Source of the DNA: an uncultured Bacteroidota bacterium
GTDB taxonomy: Bacteria; Bacteroidota; Bacteroidia; Chitinophagales; Chitinophagaceae
Direction: 5' to 3'
DNA: 64,000 nucleotides
Assembly: GCA_903912435.1 (NCBI GenBank)
Contig: CAIWHI010000271.1
Coordinates: forward strand, 23,327-87,326
In this document: in pieces, positions 24,716 through 34,426 of the stretch
How positions within the stretch are numbered: position 1 is the stretch's first letter
How the letters are laid out: every line of letters begins with the position of its first letter
The notes under the pieces: generated by a model
Databases searched by the model: none
The model's input: only the letters and a program-made list of their open reading frames with translations
What the model was told of the DNA's origin: nothing
Program-made: the position numbers and the translations under genes

Positions 24716-25346
24716 AAACGTGAAGGCTCCCAGCATTCCAATAAATCAAACCGCGTTCCACTTTAAGTTCTTTGCAAAGCATATCAAGAACATGTGATTG
24801 CCAAAAGTAATCATTTTTATAACCAAAAACGACATCATTGCTTCGCATTTGAACGATAGCATTGAGCTTATCATTTCTAATAACATATTGCACTGCATTT
24901 GTGCACATGAAATCAGACATACCATCTTTATTATAATCGGTCCACATACTCGGCCGAGTATAGATCATAACAGCGCGCCGAGAATCATGATTCTTAGTGA
25001 GCTCTTTTACAACGTTATTATATTGATCTCCATTGCTTTGAGACCAGATACACCAACCATAATTTGAATTGATCAAACCGTAAGGAGTAGAAACCTGTTG
25101 CCAAATAGCTGGAGGACCACCAGGAATAGCATTGACATTAAGAGACTTGGAGTGATACCAAGCGATCTCACGATCGACATAAGACTGATTGACTTTACCG
25201 AAGATAGATGGTTCGTCGGCGATGAAGTTCGCATTGATAATCTCGAGCATTTTGACACCAGTCTTATCAGTGACATATTGCTCAATACTCTTAAGCTGTT
25301 GAAAGCGCTCTCTGATGCTACTGACAGTGAGATATGTGAACATCAA
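24687..25346 (-). CDS. thymidylate synthase family, probable dUMP hydroxymethylase
   Basis: NSNYG, DSRRA, DFMCT, MRSND, GSLHVYERHF. Confidence 0.9.
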   Translation of the reverse strand: MMFTYLTVSSIRERFQQLKSIEQYVTDKTGVKMLEIINANFIADEPSIFGKVNQSYVDREIAWYHSKSLNVNAIPGGPPAIWQQVSTPYGLINSNYGWCIWSQSNGDQYNNVVKELTKNHDSRRAVMIYTRPSMWTDYNKDGMSDFMCTNAVQYVIRNDKLNAIVQMRSNDVVFGYKNDYFWQSHVLDMLCKELKVERGLIYWNAGSLHVYERHFELII

Positions 25347-25690
25347 ACTTTCTTTCGATTCAAAAAGTCACGAGTGATATCTTGACCATCCATCTTACCA
25401 CGGGAATAAGTGACAAAGAAAGATGCATAATTGATCATATCTTTGGCTGAGTCTTCAAGTGATTCGAAGTTTGGTGTATAAGTCGGATCATTTTGCATTG
25501 CTTCCATAACCGACCGCATGCGAAGCATCTTAGCATGCATAATCTCAAGGATAGTTAAGCAACCAGATGGATAGTAATCCGCCTGTGTAATATTAGAAGT
25601 CGGATTCTGATAATCACGAGACTTTTTAGTTTGAAGGTCAATGCACTCTTGAAGCACAGTAACCGAGTAACGTTGTGTAGTTTGTGACAT
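25343..25690 (-). CDS. nucleotide-modification-associated protein (Nmad1-like)
   Basis: LQTKKSRDY..ESLEDSAKDMINY. Confidence 0.65.
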   Translation of the reverse strand: MSQTTQRYSVTVLQECIDLQTKKSRDYQNPTSNITQADYYPSGCLTILEIMHAKMLRMRSVMEAMQNDPTYTPNFESLEDSAKDMINYASFFVTYSRGKMDGQDITRDFLNRKKV

Positions 25691-26097
25691 TAAACGCTAA
25701 ACCTTTTAAGGTTGCTACGCTTAACGATATCTGAGTGATCAGGGGCAACCCAACCCTCTGGCTTAATAAGATCCGGAAGACCAAATGGATTAGGACGAGA
25801 AGCCTTAACACCAGGAGTCTTATTCATATTAGCTTCATGAACCAAGTCCCAAGCTTCACCGGAAGCGACATTGAAAGCGTCAAGAGTTCCAATAGCCACA
25901 ACACATAGATCGATAAGAGCATCGACTACATCTTCCTGATTAGTTGCGGACTTCAGTTCATCGAGTTCTTCTTGAAGAAACTTAATACGAAACTGTAGAT
26001 ATTCCTTGAGCATTTCAGGGCTAAGCTCATCGAATTTTGAAGTGAAACCGTAGTGATCATGTAGTTCGGCAATATCGGCAACCCAGTTTTCTGACAT
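25690..26097 (-). CDS. MazG-like all-alpha NTP pyrophosphatase
   Basis: LQEELDEL..DALID..VHEANMNK..KPEGW. Confidence 0.88.
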   Translation of the reverse strand: MSENWVADIAELHDHYGFTSKFDELSPEMLKEYLQFRIKFLQEELDELKSATNQEDVVDALIDLCVVAIGTLDAFNVASGEAWDLVHEANMNKTPGVKASRPNPFGLPDLIKPEGWVAPDHSDIVKRSNLKRFSV

Positions 26098-26107
26098 ATT
26101 ATTTTCC

Positions 26108-26656
26108 TTATGAAATCCAAATTGGAGGTGTGCGGTTTTTCCAAGAATGGATATGTGGCTTACCCATCTTATAATAGTTCCTGTAATTGTCAACAGGATC
26201 TTTGCTAATAATATACTTTTCGTCCATACAAGATGGCATAAGAGTCATATCATGTGCTTCTAGATTCTTTGGAGGAGAAGCTAACATATAACTAAGCTCA
26301 CCGAAGCACTTATGCACTTTACCATAGCGATAACTATATTCTTTACCCAAAGCAAAGAAATGCTCAACTAGCCAATCATAATTCATAATTGACTGCCGAC
26401 ACCAAACTGCTGATGGATGATTGATGTGAGTGGCTTGGTAGAGATGCTCATCACGTGCATCATCAAGGATGTAGCGCTTGACATTTCGATTAGTCTTAGA
26501 CTTTCCAATAATAAGACGACCATCCAAGACTCGATGTGCTGTCGACAAAAGCTGTGCAGATTCGAGAATCATTTTGACGACATGCTTATCGACCATATCC
26601 TGAGCTGCTTGCTTAGGATCGGTGTCTACGTAGAAGATGTTAATAAGAGCCTCCAT
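26108..26656 (-). CDS. pyrimidine dimer DNA glycosylase-like protein
   Basis: NIFYVD..DKHVVKMILESAQLLSTAH..HINHPSAVW. Confidence 0.82.
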   Translation of the reverse strand: MEALINIFYVDTDPKQAAQDMVDKHVVKMILESAQLLSTAHRVLDGRLIIGKSKTNRNVKRYILDDARDEHLYQATHINHPSAVWCRQSIMNYDWLVEHFFALGKEYSYRYGKVHKCFGELSYMLASPPKNLEAHDMTLMPSCMDEKYIISKDPVDNYRNYYKMGKPHIHSWKNRTPPIWIS

Positions 26657-26701
26657 TTTATAGATAGATAATAACACAGACAAAGATATTATAATGTTTC
26701 C

Positions 26702-26851
26702 ATAACCAAAAGTCATAAGATAGCAATAGGTTTAGCGCAAAAAGGCAGAGTCCATAAAAATGACACTTGCATTCATTGTGGTAATATTGCATCTGTTTTT
26801 AATATTAGTCGTTGGCATAACGATAACTGTAAATATTTATTATCTCAATAA
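26702..26851 (+). pseudogene. C-terminal remnant of a homing endonuclease
   Basis: Start-less frame encoding TCIHCG..SRWHNDNCK. Confidence 0.6.
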
Positions 26852-26865
26852 GTGTTCATAATAGC

Positions 26866-27357
26866 TCAAGTCCGGAGCAACGTTGGTTTCCACTTTTTGA
26901 AGGCTTGAGTTCGGTGAATTGGATTGGCTCTCGAATAAAATGGGATGCCATCCAAGTAGTCCATGCAGTGCTGGAAGGCTCGTGCTGTTAGACCAGTGAA
27001 AGTTTCTGTGCGGACTTCACCATTCGGCATAGCAAAACGAACTCGACAGTGCTGCGGCCTCTTTATCTTAACACGCATATCTGGAAATGTCAATGATGTT
27101 TCTTCAAGCATGACAATTGCTTCACTCGGTTGTACTATGCGAGGATTGAAACACGCATAATTCTGAGGAGACCCTCGCATCACAAACAATCTGTAAGGAA
27201 GACCCACTTGAATAGCAGTAAGGTAAATCGCATTGTGTTCGTACATGAACTTTACCATTTCTTGAGAAAGCTCAAGAGGATCGAATGGCGGTTCCTGAAA
27301 CTTAAATGGTTCGCTCTTTTGCTTTAGAAGAGGGTCATTATATTTTAATAGATTCAT
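26866..27357 (-). CDS. peptide deformylase-like protein with degenerate catalytic motifs
   Basis: PDF scaffold (DPLLKQKS, FNPRI, RP, GLTARAFQH) but AIYLTAIQ, ETSLT, HCMDY. Confidence 0.85.
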   Translation of the reverse strand: MNLLKYNDPLLKQKSEPFKFQEPPFDPLELSQEMVKFMYEHNAIYLTAIQVGLPYRLFVMRGSPQNYACFNPRIVQPSEAIVMLEETSLTFPDMRVKIKRPQHCRVRFAMPNGEVRTETFTGLTARAFQHCMDYLDGIPFYSRANPIHRTQAFKKWKPTLLRT

Positions 27358-27515
27358 TCTTTTTCTCTCAAGATCAGGTGATTATCTTCGCTGAGGTGCC
27401 ATTCTAAGTCGGTATCTTCATTCCAGCCAAGTTTAAAAACAAATTCAGGTGGAAAGGGGAGCAATAAATCATCCGAATCTAGATCTTGCTCAAAATTTAC
27501 AACATATGATTTCAT
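27354..27515 (-). CDS. small AbrB/MazE-like protein (absent from ORF track)
   Basis: DLLLPFPPEFVFKLGWNEDTDLEW; GAGG RBS. Confidence 0.65.
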   Translation of the reverse strand: MKSYVVNFEQDLDSDDLLLPFPPEFVFKLGWNEDTDLEWHLSEDNHLILREKE

Positions 27516-27516
27516 T

Positions 27517-29244
27517 TTATACCTCGATAGAAGAGAAGTTCTTATTCTTTACAAACTTGATGGTGTTATCGAACTTTTCAAAAAGCTGTTCTCTGTGAGA
27601 GATGATGAATACATTCGAGTCTTTAGAGATGTTATTGATGATCTTAAGCAGGTCATCTGCAGCATTTCCATCCAAACTTGAATCAAAAACTTCATCAAGA
27701 ATGAGCAAATTAGTGCTCAATGAGTTACGAAGCTTAGCAACGGCGCGCCATGTGAATAAGATGGCCAAGTCAATCTTTTGCTTTTCACCTTCAGAAAACG
27801 AGGAATAAGTGAAAGCATCACGATATCTTGACTTAATGGTTTCGTTGAACTGTTCATCTAGTTGGAACTCGCAAAACAAATCGAACTCAGCCAGATATTT
27901 GTTGATAAGCTTATTGATCACTGGAATATACTGATTGATGATCTTAGTTTTGATGCCGCCATCTTTAAGCATATTCGATGCAGCAGACAGAACATGTCTA
28001 TCTTCTTGTATTCTATTATAGTTTGAAGCAATTGTCAACCGCTCATTTTGAAGATCTTCCATCGTATCATCTGAGCTATCTTTAACCTTTTTAGTGGCCT
28101 GCTTTATCTCACTTGATAAAGTTTCAATTTGATTTTGGCAGTTAGATATTTCAGAATTAAGGACATACAACTTGGCTCGATCATCATTGATGATTTTTTG
28201 CATTTCAAAGATGGCTTGTAGTTTTTCATTAGTTTGATTGAACTTTGCAACCAACTTTTCCAGACCATCTTCAATTTCTTTTATTTGCTTGGAACGATTT
28301 TCCACTGAAGTGCACTTAAACTGCTCATCGATATTCTGACGACATGTTGGACATGTATCATGCTTACCAAAGAAAGCAATTTCTTTTTGTAGTTGATCAT
28401 TACGAACTTCTATTTGAGCTCGAATGGTCTTAAGTTCATCGAGCTTCTTTTGAACTACTTTGACATCTTCGATTTTGAATTCTATCTGTTCAATCTTATT
28501 CACGAGCTCATGTTGATCTTCATTCAGCTTCTTTAACTTCTTTTCAAAGTCTTTGATGCTTTGTTTCTTCTGCTTAACAAACTCATCATTTTTCTTACGA
28601 AGTTCTTCAAGATGCTGCTCGACCAGATCAATTTTTTGTTCGATGAAATCTTTTTGATATTCTGCTTCTAAAAGTTCTTGCTGATTAGTATCGATTTTCT
28701 TTTTCAATAAAGTATTCATGGTAGTGAATACTTCTAGATCGAGCAGATCTTCAATAATTTCCCTGCGTCTACCGGTTGGCAATTGCATAAAAGGAACAAA
28801 TGATGCAGCGCCTAGAATGACAACTTGACAAAAAGACTTATAGTTGATTCTAAGGATATGCTTTTCAAGGATTTCCTGATAGTCTCTATTATCTGCGCTC
28901 TGATTAACCAAGACTTCATTGCAATATACTTCGAAGATGTTTGGCTTCATACCACGAATGATCTTATATCGATTTGAATTTGCACGGAAGTAGAGTTCTA
29001 CAACCGCATCTTTTTTATTGATAGTATTAACCAACTGAGGTTTGTTGATATTCCTGAAAGTCTTGCCAGATAGAGCAAAAGTTAGTGCATCGAGAATAGT
29101 CGACTTACCGGCACCATTTACACCTACGATTAAAGTGGTGCCAGTATTTTGAAAGCTTACTTCAGTGAAAACATTTCCTGTAGAAAGGATATTTTTCCAT
29201 CTGATTTTTTCGAAGATAACTGAATAACTGACATTTAAACTCAC
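27517..29244 (-). CDS. 46: recombination ATPase gp46 (Rad50-like)
   Basis: WKNILSTGN, NGAGKST, CPTC hook, FSEGEK, LDE. Confidence 0.96.
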   Translation of the reverse strand: MSLNVSYSVIFEKIRWKNILSTGNVFTEVSFQNTGTTLIVGVNGAGKSTILDALTFALSGKTFRNINKPQLVNTINKKDAVVELYFRANSNRYKIIRGMKPNIFEVYCNEVLVNQSADNRDYQEILEKHILRINYKSFCQVVILGAASFVPFMQLPTGRRREIIEDLLDLEVFTTMNTLLKKKIDTNQQELLEAEYQKDFIEQKIDLVEQHLEELRKKNDEFVKQKKQSIKDFEKKLKKLNEDQHELVNKIEQIEFKIEDVKVVQKKLDELKTIRAQIEVRNDQLQKEIAFFGKHDTCPTCRQNIDEQFKCTSVENRSKQIKEIEDGLEKLVAKFNQTNEKLQAIFEMQKIINDDRAKLYVLNSEISNCQNQIETLSSEIKQATKKVKDSSDDTMEDLQNERLTIASNYNRIQEDRHVLSAASNMLKDGGIKTKIINQYIPVINKLINKYLAEFDLFCEFQLDEQFNETIKSRYRDAFTYSSFSEGEKQKIDLAILFTWRAVAKLRNSLSTNLLILDEVFDSSLDGNAADDLLKIINNISKDSNVFIISHREQLFEKFDNTIKFVKNKNFSSIEV

Positions 29245-30308
29245 TGTGCAAAACCTATTGCTTCATTGTATAAAGACACTATAGTTTGTTCAAGCTTTTC
29301 TTTATTGACATTATTAGTGTTCCATGACGATAAAGCGATGTATTTCTTAAAGATATCTATGGTTGATTCTGCTTCGAATGAGATATCAGAATCATCTTCA
29401 ATATTTAAGTTCAAGTGATCATCGACAATCTGCCAATCAATTAATCCAGCTTTTTCGACTTTGTTACAGAAAATATCGAACAAATAAGGATCATTTTTAT
29501 TCTTTACGATGATCTTACCATAGGTGCTTTTATATTTCTCAAAGTCAATACCATCTAGATCTTTGAAAGCTAAATTAGAATCATCATAAATAATCTTAGA
29601 GAACATTTTATATGGGTTTTCTATGAAGGTAAGTTCTAGCGTTTCCGTGTCGAAGACATGAAACCCTCTTTCATCGCCATAGTCTGACCAAGTAAATTGA
29701 CCATGACTACCAAGATAATAAATGCTACCATCAGTGGAGCGGTGGTGAAAATGGCCAGACATAGTAGTGTGAAAGCGATCAAATAAAGAGCGATCCTCCC
29801 CATGTGTAGCAATAGAACCCCTAAACATCTCAAAGCCTTTGATTTCAAGGTGGCCCATACAGACTTTGGCATTTGATCTTTTGATGGCTTCAACTGACTG
29901 ATCCCTATTTGTAACGTTAATCCATGGAACAAAAAGTATCGGCAAAGAATCAATAGTAACTTCTGTAGTTGTATCATATAACGGGAAGTTGTCACCATAT
30001 AATTCTCTCACAGCATTGACATCATTTGTGTTTTTATAATAGACGTCATGATTGCCGAGAATTTGATGATATTCGAGTTTACGATCGATAATCGGCTGAA
30101 TAAAATCTTCTCTGAGACGCTTGGCCGTTTGGATGTTGATATACTTACGACGATCTACCAAGTCACCAAGGTGCACGATAGTATTAATTCCTTGTTTGTT
30201 TATAGTGGGAAAAAATACATTTTCTAAAAAATTCTTGCTTGCATCGAGAAACACTGAGTTATCATTTCTGACTCCCCAGTGAGTATCCGCAATAATTGCT
30301 ATCTTCAT
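29241..30308 (-). CDS. 47: recombination nuclease gp47 (Mre11-like)
   Basis: DTHWG, GDLVDRRK, GNHD, SGHFH. Confidence 0.96.
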   Translation of the reverse strand: MKIAIIADTHWGVRNDNSVFLDASKNFLENVFFPTINKQGINTIVHLGDLVDRRKYINIQTAKRLREDFIQPIIDRKLEYHQILGNHDVYYKNTNDVNAVRELYGDNFPLYDTTTEVTIDSLPILFVPWINVTNRDQSVEAIKRSNAKVCMGHLEIKGFEMFRGSIATHGEDRSLFDRFHTTMSGHFHHRSTDGSIYYLGSHGQFTWSDYGDERGFHVFDTETLELTFIENPYKMFSKIIYDDSNLAFKDLDGIDFEKYKSTYGKIIVKNKNDPYLFDIFCNKVEKAGLIDWQIVDDHLNLNIEDDSDISFEAESTIDIFKKYIALSSWNTNNVNKEKLEQTIVSLYNEAIGFAQ

Positions 30309-30469
30309 TATTTTCTCTTTTTAGAGTTTTCTAGTAAAGCCTGTTCACAAAAATCTTTTATCATTTCGACTCTTTGTTGATAGGTATATCTTACATTCCT
30401 ATCAAAATCATTTAGCATCTTATCCACGGCATCGACTACCGCCTGTGGAAGCATGTTTTTGTTGATCAT
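30308..30469 (-). CDS. hypothetical 53-aa protein (absent from ORF track)
   Basis: ATGA overlap with gene 55, GAGG RBS. Confidence 0.55.
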   Translation of the reverse strand: MINKNMLPQAVVDAVDKMLNDFDRNVRYTYQQRVEMIKDFCEQALLENSKKRK

Positions 30470-30987
30470 GGTGTTTCCTCAATGAACTTTTCAAGTCCTA
30501 CATTAACATGTTTCTTGGTTTTTGTCAACTTATTTTCGAAGGACTCAATGATATGATTGCCAATATCATCATTGTTATGAACGTTCAAATCAAAATCTTC
30601 AAACCCTGAGTTTTCTAGTGATAAAAGAACGAACATATTTTGCATGTTTTTATGCTTGATATAGGTTTCCTTCTTTTCTTTTTGAATACGGCGAATGAAA
30701 GCATTCCATGCGATCTGAGTAAAATAAGCAAAAGCATTAACCGACTTTTCGGCATTAAAACCACCAACAGCTGCCAAGCAGTTTTCTAAACCATCCGAGA
30801 TCATTTCATCTTTATAGGAATATCCACTGAAATTTGGCTTTGTCGATAAGCGATTGCAAATCTGCTGAATACAAATGCCAATGTAAGCCGGTACCCTTGC
30901 CGTGGGATCGGTCTGGCGCTTGGCTTTATATTCGATGAGAGCTGCGCAGAAATCTTTATTATTCACGTAGTGTTTTTTAGTTGACAT
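30466..30987 (-). CDS. 55: late sigma factor gp55
   Basis: HYVNNKDF..NFSGYSYKDEMISDG..FAYFTQI. Confidence 0.96.
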   Translation of the reverse strand: MSTKKHYVNNKDFCAALIEYKAKRQTDPTARVPAYIGICIQQICNRLSTKPNFSGYSYKDEMISDGLENCLAAVGGFNAEKSVNAFAYFTQIAWNAFIRRIQKEKKETYIKHKNMQNMFVLLSLENSGFEDFDLNVHNNDDIGNHIIESFENKLTKTKKHVNVGLEKFIEETP

Positions 30988-31009
30988 TTTATAAATCCTC
31001 TAGTATAAT
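30981..31009 (+). promoter_or_regulatory. antisense consensus sigma70 promoter
   Basis: TTGACA-17-TATAAT overlapping the gene 55 start codon. Confidence 0.65.
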
Positions 31010-31036
31010 CAGCAATGGAGCAACAATAAATCTATA

Positions 31037-32485
31037 TCAGTTTAGAGAAACATTATAGATCTTGTATGGAAACTTCTCTTCATTATAGACTTTAATCCTT
31101 TCTATGAAATGAAGTATAGTATAATTCTTCTTAGACTTCCAAGTCAAATCATCAGCTATATCATAAAGAGTAGCCTCGGTTTTGGTAGCTGACTTTCGAA
31201 GGCCACGACCGATTGACTGAAGGTTTCGAACCCTGGACTTCGAAGGACTAGCAAATACAACGTTATGCAGATTACGAATGTTAATACCGGTCGATGTAGT
31301 TCCAAAAGAAGCAACCACAATAGCATCTTTTTGCTCTTCCAATAGTCTACGAATTTCCTCACGTTTCTCTCCATCAACTGAGCCAGAAATGAAATAGACT
31401 TGTCTATCGACCGCTTCCTTCTGAATCATATCATATAAGACTTTTCCATGTTTATCAACATATTGGAACAACAATAAAGTGTTGCCTTTTAGTGATAATA
31501 CGAGATTCTTGATGAACCGGTTTCTAGCTTCACTTCTAACTATTAGGTCGATTTCAGCTTGATAATCATTCTTAGAGTTAAGCTGTTTAATTGCATCCGG
31601 ATAACATAGCACTATTGCTTTGATCTTAAAATCTGCTAGATGTTTCTGCTCGATTAGATCAGCGGTAGTTATTACACGCTTAACAGGACCAAACAAACCT
31701 TCTAAAACTAATTTATGCGTTTGTGATCCATCGAGTGTACCGGTGAAACCAAAGCGGTGCTTGCAGTTTGCTAAGTTTGTCATGATCGATATCAGAGACT
31801 TAGATTTGAATAAATGTGCTTCGTCACCTATCACTACTTCAAATTGATCGAACCAGGCCTTGGGCATCTTATAAATTGACTGCCATGTGGAGCAAAATAT
31901 AAGACGATTAGAGTCTTTTTCTAGGCCTGACATAATCTTATGAATGGAGTCTTTAGGAAATCCATAGTCCTCAAAATCCGAAGCCATTTGATGCACCAGC
32001 GAAGTAGTCGGTACGATGATCAATGTTTTCTTGGCATACCAGCATGTGAGAAGATAGATAATTAGCGACTTACCCGAAGCCGTAGGTGAAAGTAGTAATC
32101 CTCTTCTCTTTCTGACTGCATGGAGAAATGCAGCGATCTGATATTCACGTGGTTGGTGTTTTGGATTTAATTTCTCTATGAACTCATTTGCTTCTACTAA
32201 AGATAACTCATAGTCTGCATCTATACCTTCATATTCTACGGCGTAGTTTCTAGACTTACAGAATGATTCCAGGTGATCACTGAGGCCACTATAAAGCAAA
32301 CAGGTAAGAGAATTAAGCAATCTAATCTTGCCATCCCACAGCCTATTCCTATAAGCTGGTGAGAACTTTGCACCTGGTACCTCGAATGTGAAGTAATCAG
32401 ATAGTTCTTGAATTATACCAGCATCGGCTACAATTCTATTGTAAGCCTCATTTACTTTTTGAATTTTAACCGTTTCAATTTCCAT
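31037..32485 (-). CDS. uvsW: UvsW helicase
   Basis: WDGKIRL, PTASGKS, DEAH, QSIGRGLR. Confidence 0.95.
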   Translation of the reverse strand: MEIETVKIQKVNEAYNRIVADAGIIQELSDYFTFEVPGAKFSPAYRNRLWDGKIRLLNSLTCLLYSGLSDHLESFCKSRNYAVEYEGIDADYELSLVEANEFIEKLNPKHQPREYQIAAFLHAVRKRRGLLLSPTASGKSLIIYLLTCWYAKKTLIIVPTTSLVHQMASDFEDYGFPKDSIHKIMSGLEKDSNRLIFCSTWQSIYKMPKAWFDQFEVVIGDEAHLFKSKSLISIMTNLANCKHRFGFTGTLDGSQTHKLVLEGLFGPVKRVITTADLIEQKHLADFKIKAIVLCYPDAIKQLNSKNDYQAEIDLIVRSEARNRFIKNLVLSLKGNTLLLFQYVDKHGKVLYDMIQKEAVDRQVYFISGSVDGEKREEIRRLLEEQKDAIVVASFGTTSTGINIRNLHNVVFASPSKSRVRNLQSIGRGLRKSATKTEATLYDIADDLTWKSKKNYTILHFIERIKVYNEEKFPYKIYNVSLN

Positions 32486-32919
32486 TAACCACCCATTATA
32501 AATTTCTGAAAGTCGATGGCGGACTTTATCAAGAACCCTCTATTTTGAAGTGAACGGATGATAGAATCTAAGAAGTCGACTTTTTCTTGAGCCATGCCTA
32601 TCTTAAGAGATAGCTCGATAATATCATTATCACCTTCCATATATGTCGGAAGATCTTGCTTAAGGATCATGCCACGAGCCGGAAGCTTCCAACCCTTTGC
32701 TTTGGTTTCTTCAGTAGGACCAGTAGTATAGAATTCAAACTTATCAAGCTTAAGTCTTTTCATATCCGCTTCTAAGCTTTTAAGAAGTGCACGTTCTCTA
32801 CAAAAGATGGTATAATATTTGTGATGCAATTTAGGAATCTTGAGTGCTTCATCGGCCAGTTCGGTCTTATCGATCCTAGTGTCTTTCTTCCACTCTTCAA
32901 AGAGCTCTTCAAATTTCAT
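32485..32919 (-). CDS. uvsY: recombination mediator UvsY
   Basis: WKKDTRID..IPKLHHKY..RGFLIKSAID; TTGACA-17-TATAAT at 32949-32977. Confidence 0.92.
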   Translation of the reverse strand: MKFEELFEEWKKDTRIDKTELADEALKIPKLHHKYYTIFCRERALLKSLEADMKRLKLDKFEFYTTGPTEETKAKGWKLPARGMILKQDLPTYMEGDNDIIELSLKIGMAQEKVDFLDSIIRSLQNRGFLIKSAIDFQKFIMGG

Positions 32920-32973
32920 TTCACGCCTCAAACTATCAAATAATCATTATTATAATGCGAGTTTGGGCAAATG

Positions 32974-33495
32974 TCAACTAATTTTTGAGATATCGAAGTT
33001 GATATAACGAAATACTGCGGTTGCTTCTACAAAGTTCACATCTTCCATAGTAGTATCAAAAGTAATACTGGATATTGATATCGGCATGGCATCTTTAAAC
33101 ACGATCTCGTAATTTGGATTTCTGTTTGAATTTAAAATGCTCAAGGATATATCAGATCTGATACCATTACCACCATAGATAGGTGCGCTTTGTAAACTAT
33201 AATAGTCAGATGGATTCAACCTGCCAAGACCACGTACCCAATTATGAATCTCTAGGTAGTTCTGTAAGTCTTCATCTACCTTGAATATGATTTCTAGTTC
33301 TTCATAGTTCAAGTGATCACCAGCAAATGGGATATTGATAATCGGGTTAGGTACATCCACTATCGGCAGAGCTAAGCCAGGTATATTGACTTTTTGAATG
33401 AAGAAGTTAACGTGCGGAGCTCTTTGTATAGTGAACTTAAAGTTTAGCGGCGATAAGAAGTTCTTATTCGTCGGTGTATCTGTTATAGCTGTCAT
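32974..33495 (-). CDS. 3: tail tube terminator gp3
   Basis: NFLSPLNFKF..VDEDLQNYLEIHNW. Confidence 0.88.
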   Translation of the reverse strand: MTAITDTPTNKNFLSPLNFKFTIQRAPHVNFFIQKVNIPGLALPIVDVPNPIINIPFAGDHLNYEELEIIFKVDEDLQNYLEIHNWVRGLGRLNPSDYYSLQSAPIYGGNGIRSDISLSILNSNRNPNYEIVFKDAMPISISSITFDTTMEDVNFVEATAVFRYINFDISKIS

Positions 33496-33542
33496 GGTTA
33501 TAATTATTCTCCACTTGCTTTAATTTGTATATATTTATGCAC

Positions 33543-33572
33543 AAAAAAGGGAGGGCCATTTCTGACCCTCCC
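33543..33572 (-). terminator. intrinsic terminator
   Basis: GGGAGGGTC-AGAAAT-GGCCCTCCC-TTTTTT. Confidence 0.8.
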
Positions 33573-33607
33573 CAGTCTTGTCGGATTAACTCCGATCTTT
33601 TTGTTAT

Positions 33608-34426
33608 TTAGCTCAAACACTCAATGCTAACAATGTTGTATTTCATTAAAGTTGTTCCATGTTGACTAGCTTTTGCAAGTGATGCATATGGTATATTGTT
33701 ATCTAAACCATATTGCTTCAATCCATTAATTTCTTGTTGAATGCCATCTTGAAAAGCAATTAAATATTTTTTCGAATGTGCCTTTTTATAGCTACTCACA
33801 TCAGCTCTTTTTAATCCCTTGAGTTTGCTAGATATTTTGCTTTTATGTTCATCAGACAACGGACCATTGGAAAATCTAGTGCCGTTACTCCATTGTTTTT
33901 TGAGACGAATAGAGCTTTGATGTTTCCATTCATTCGTGTGTATTGACCCCAACTTAGCTTGTCTCAGCTTCTCTCTGTGTTCTGCAGTAAATTTTATATT
34001 CTTGGATTTCTTTGCAGCAGAAATAGCAGCAGCTTTTTCAAGTGAACATGGACCAATTTTCTTGCCTTTTTTGGCGGCAGATATCTTTTGTCCGACGCTC
34101 CTAGAGGTATGTTCGTATTTGTGCCAAGTAGTGTTATTTTTTATATTCAAATTGTAGTAGCGTGGAAAATTAGAATGTGGTTTTATTTCAGATTCCTTAA
34201 TCATTTTGAGAAATCGCATTTCAGCATCGAGCATTTCTTCTCTCGTTGCAATGCTTGATACAAGCAATCTTCTTTTAAAATCATGAGGTCTGTTTTGGTA
34301 GGATCTTTTCATCCAAGGCGAAGAACAAACGTACCCGTCATCTACATCTCCCCAGTGCGCTCCAATATAATATCGTCTGTGCTTCTTGTCGTACCAAATG
34401 TATACAAACCCACTGTTGACTGTCAT
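33608..34426 (-). CDS. GIY-YIG (Seg-like) homing endonuclease with NUMOD3 repeats
   Basis: GFVYIWYD..YYIGAHWG..GYVCSS..YYNL. Confidence 0.9.
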   Translation of the reverse strand: MTVNSGFVYIWYDKKHRRYYIGAHWGDVDDGYVCSSPWMKRSYQNRPHDFKRRLLVSSIATREEMLDAEMRFLKMIKESEIKPHSNFPRYYNLNIKNNTTWHKYEHTSRSVGQKISAAKKGKKIGPCSLEKAAAISAAKKSKNIKFTAEHREKLRQAKLGSIHTNEWKHQSSIRLKKQWSNGTRFSNGPLSDEHKSKISSKLKGLKRADVSSYKKAHSKKYLIAFQDGIQQEINGLKQYGLDNNIPYASLAKASQHGTTLMKYNIVSIECLS

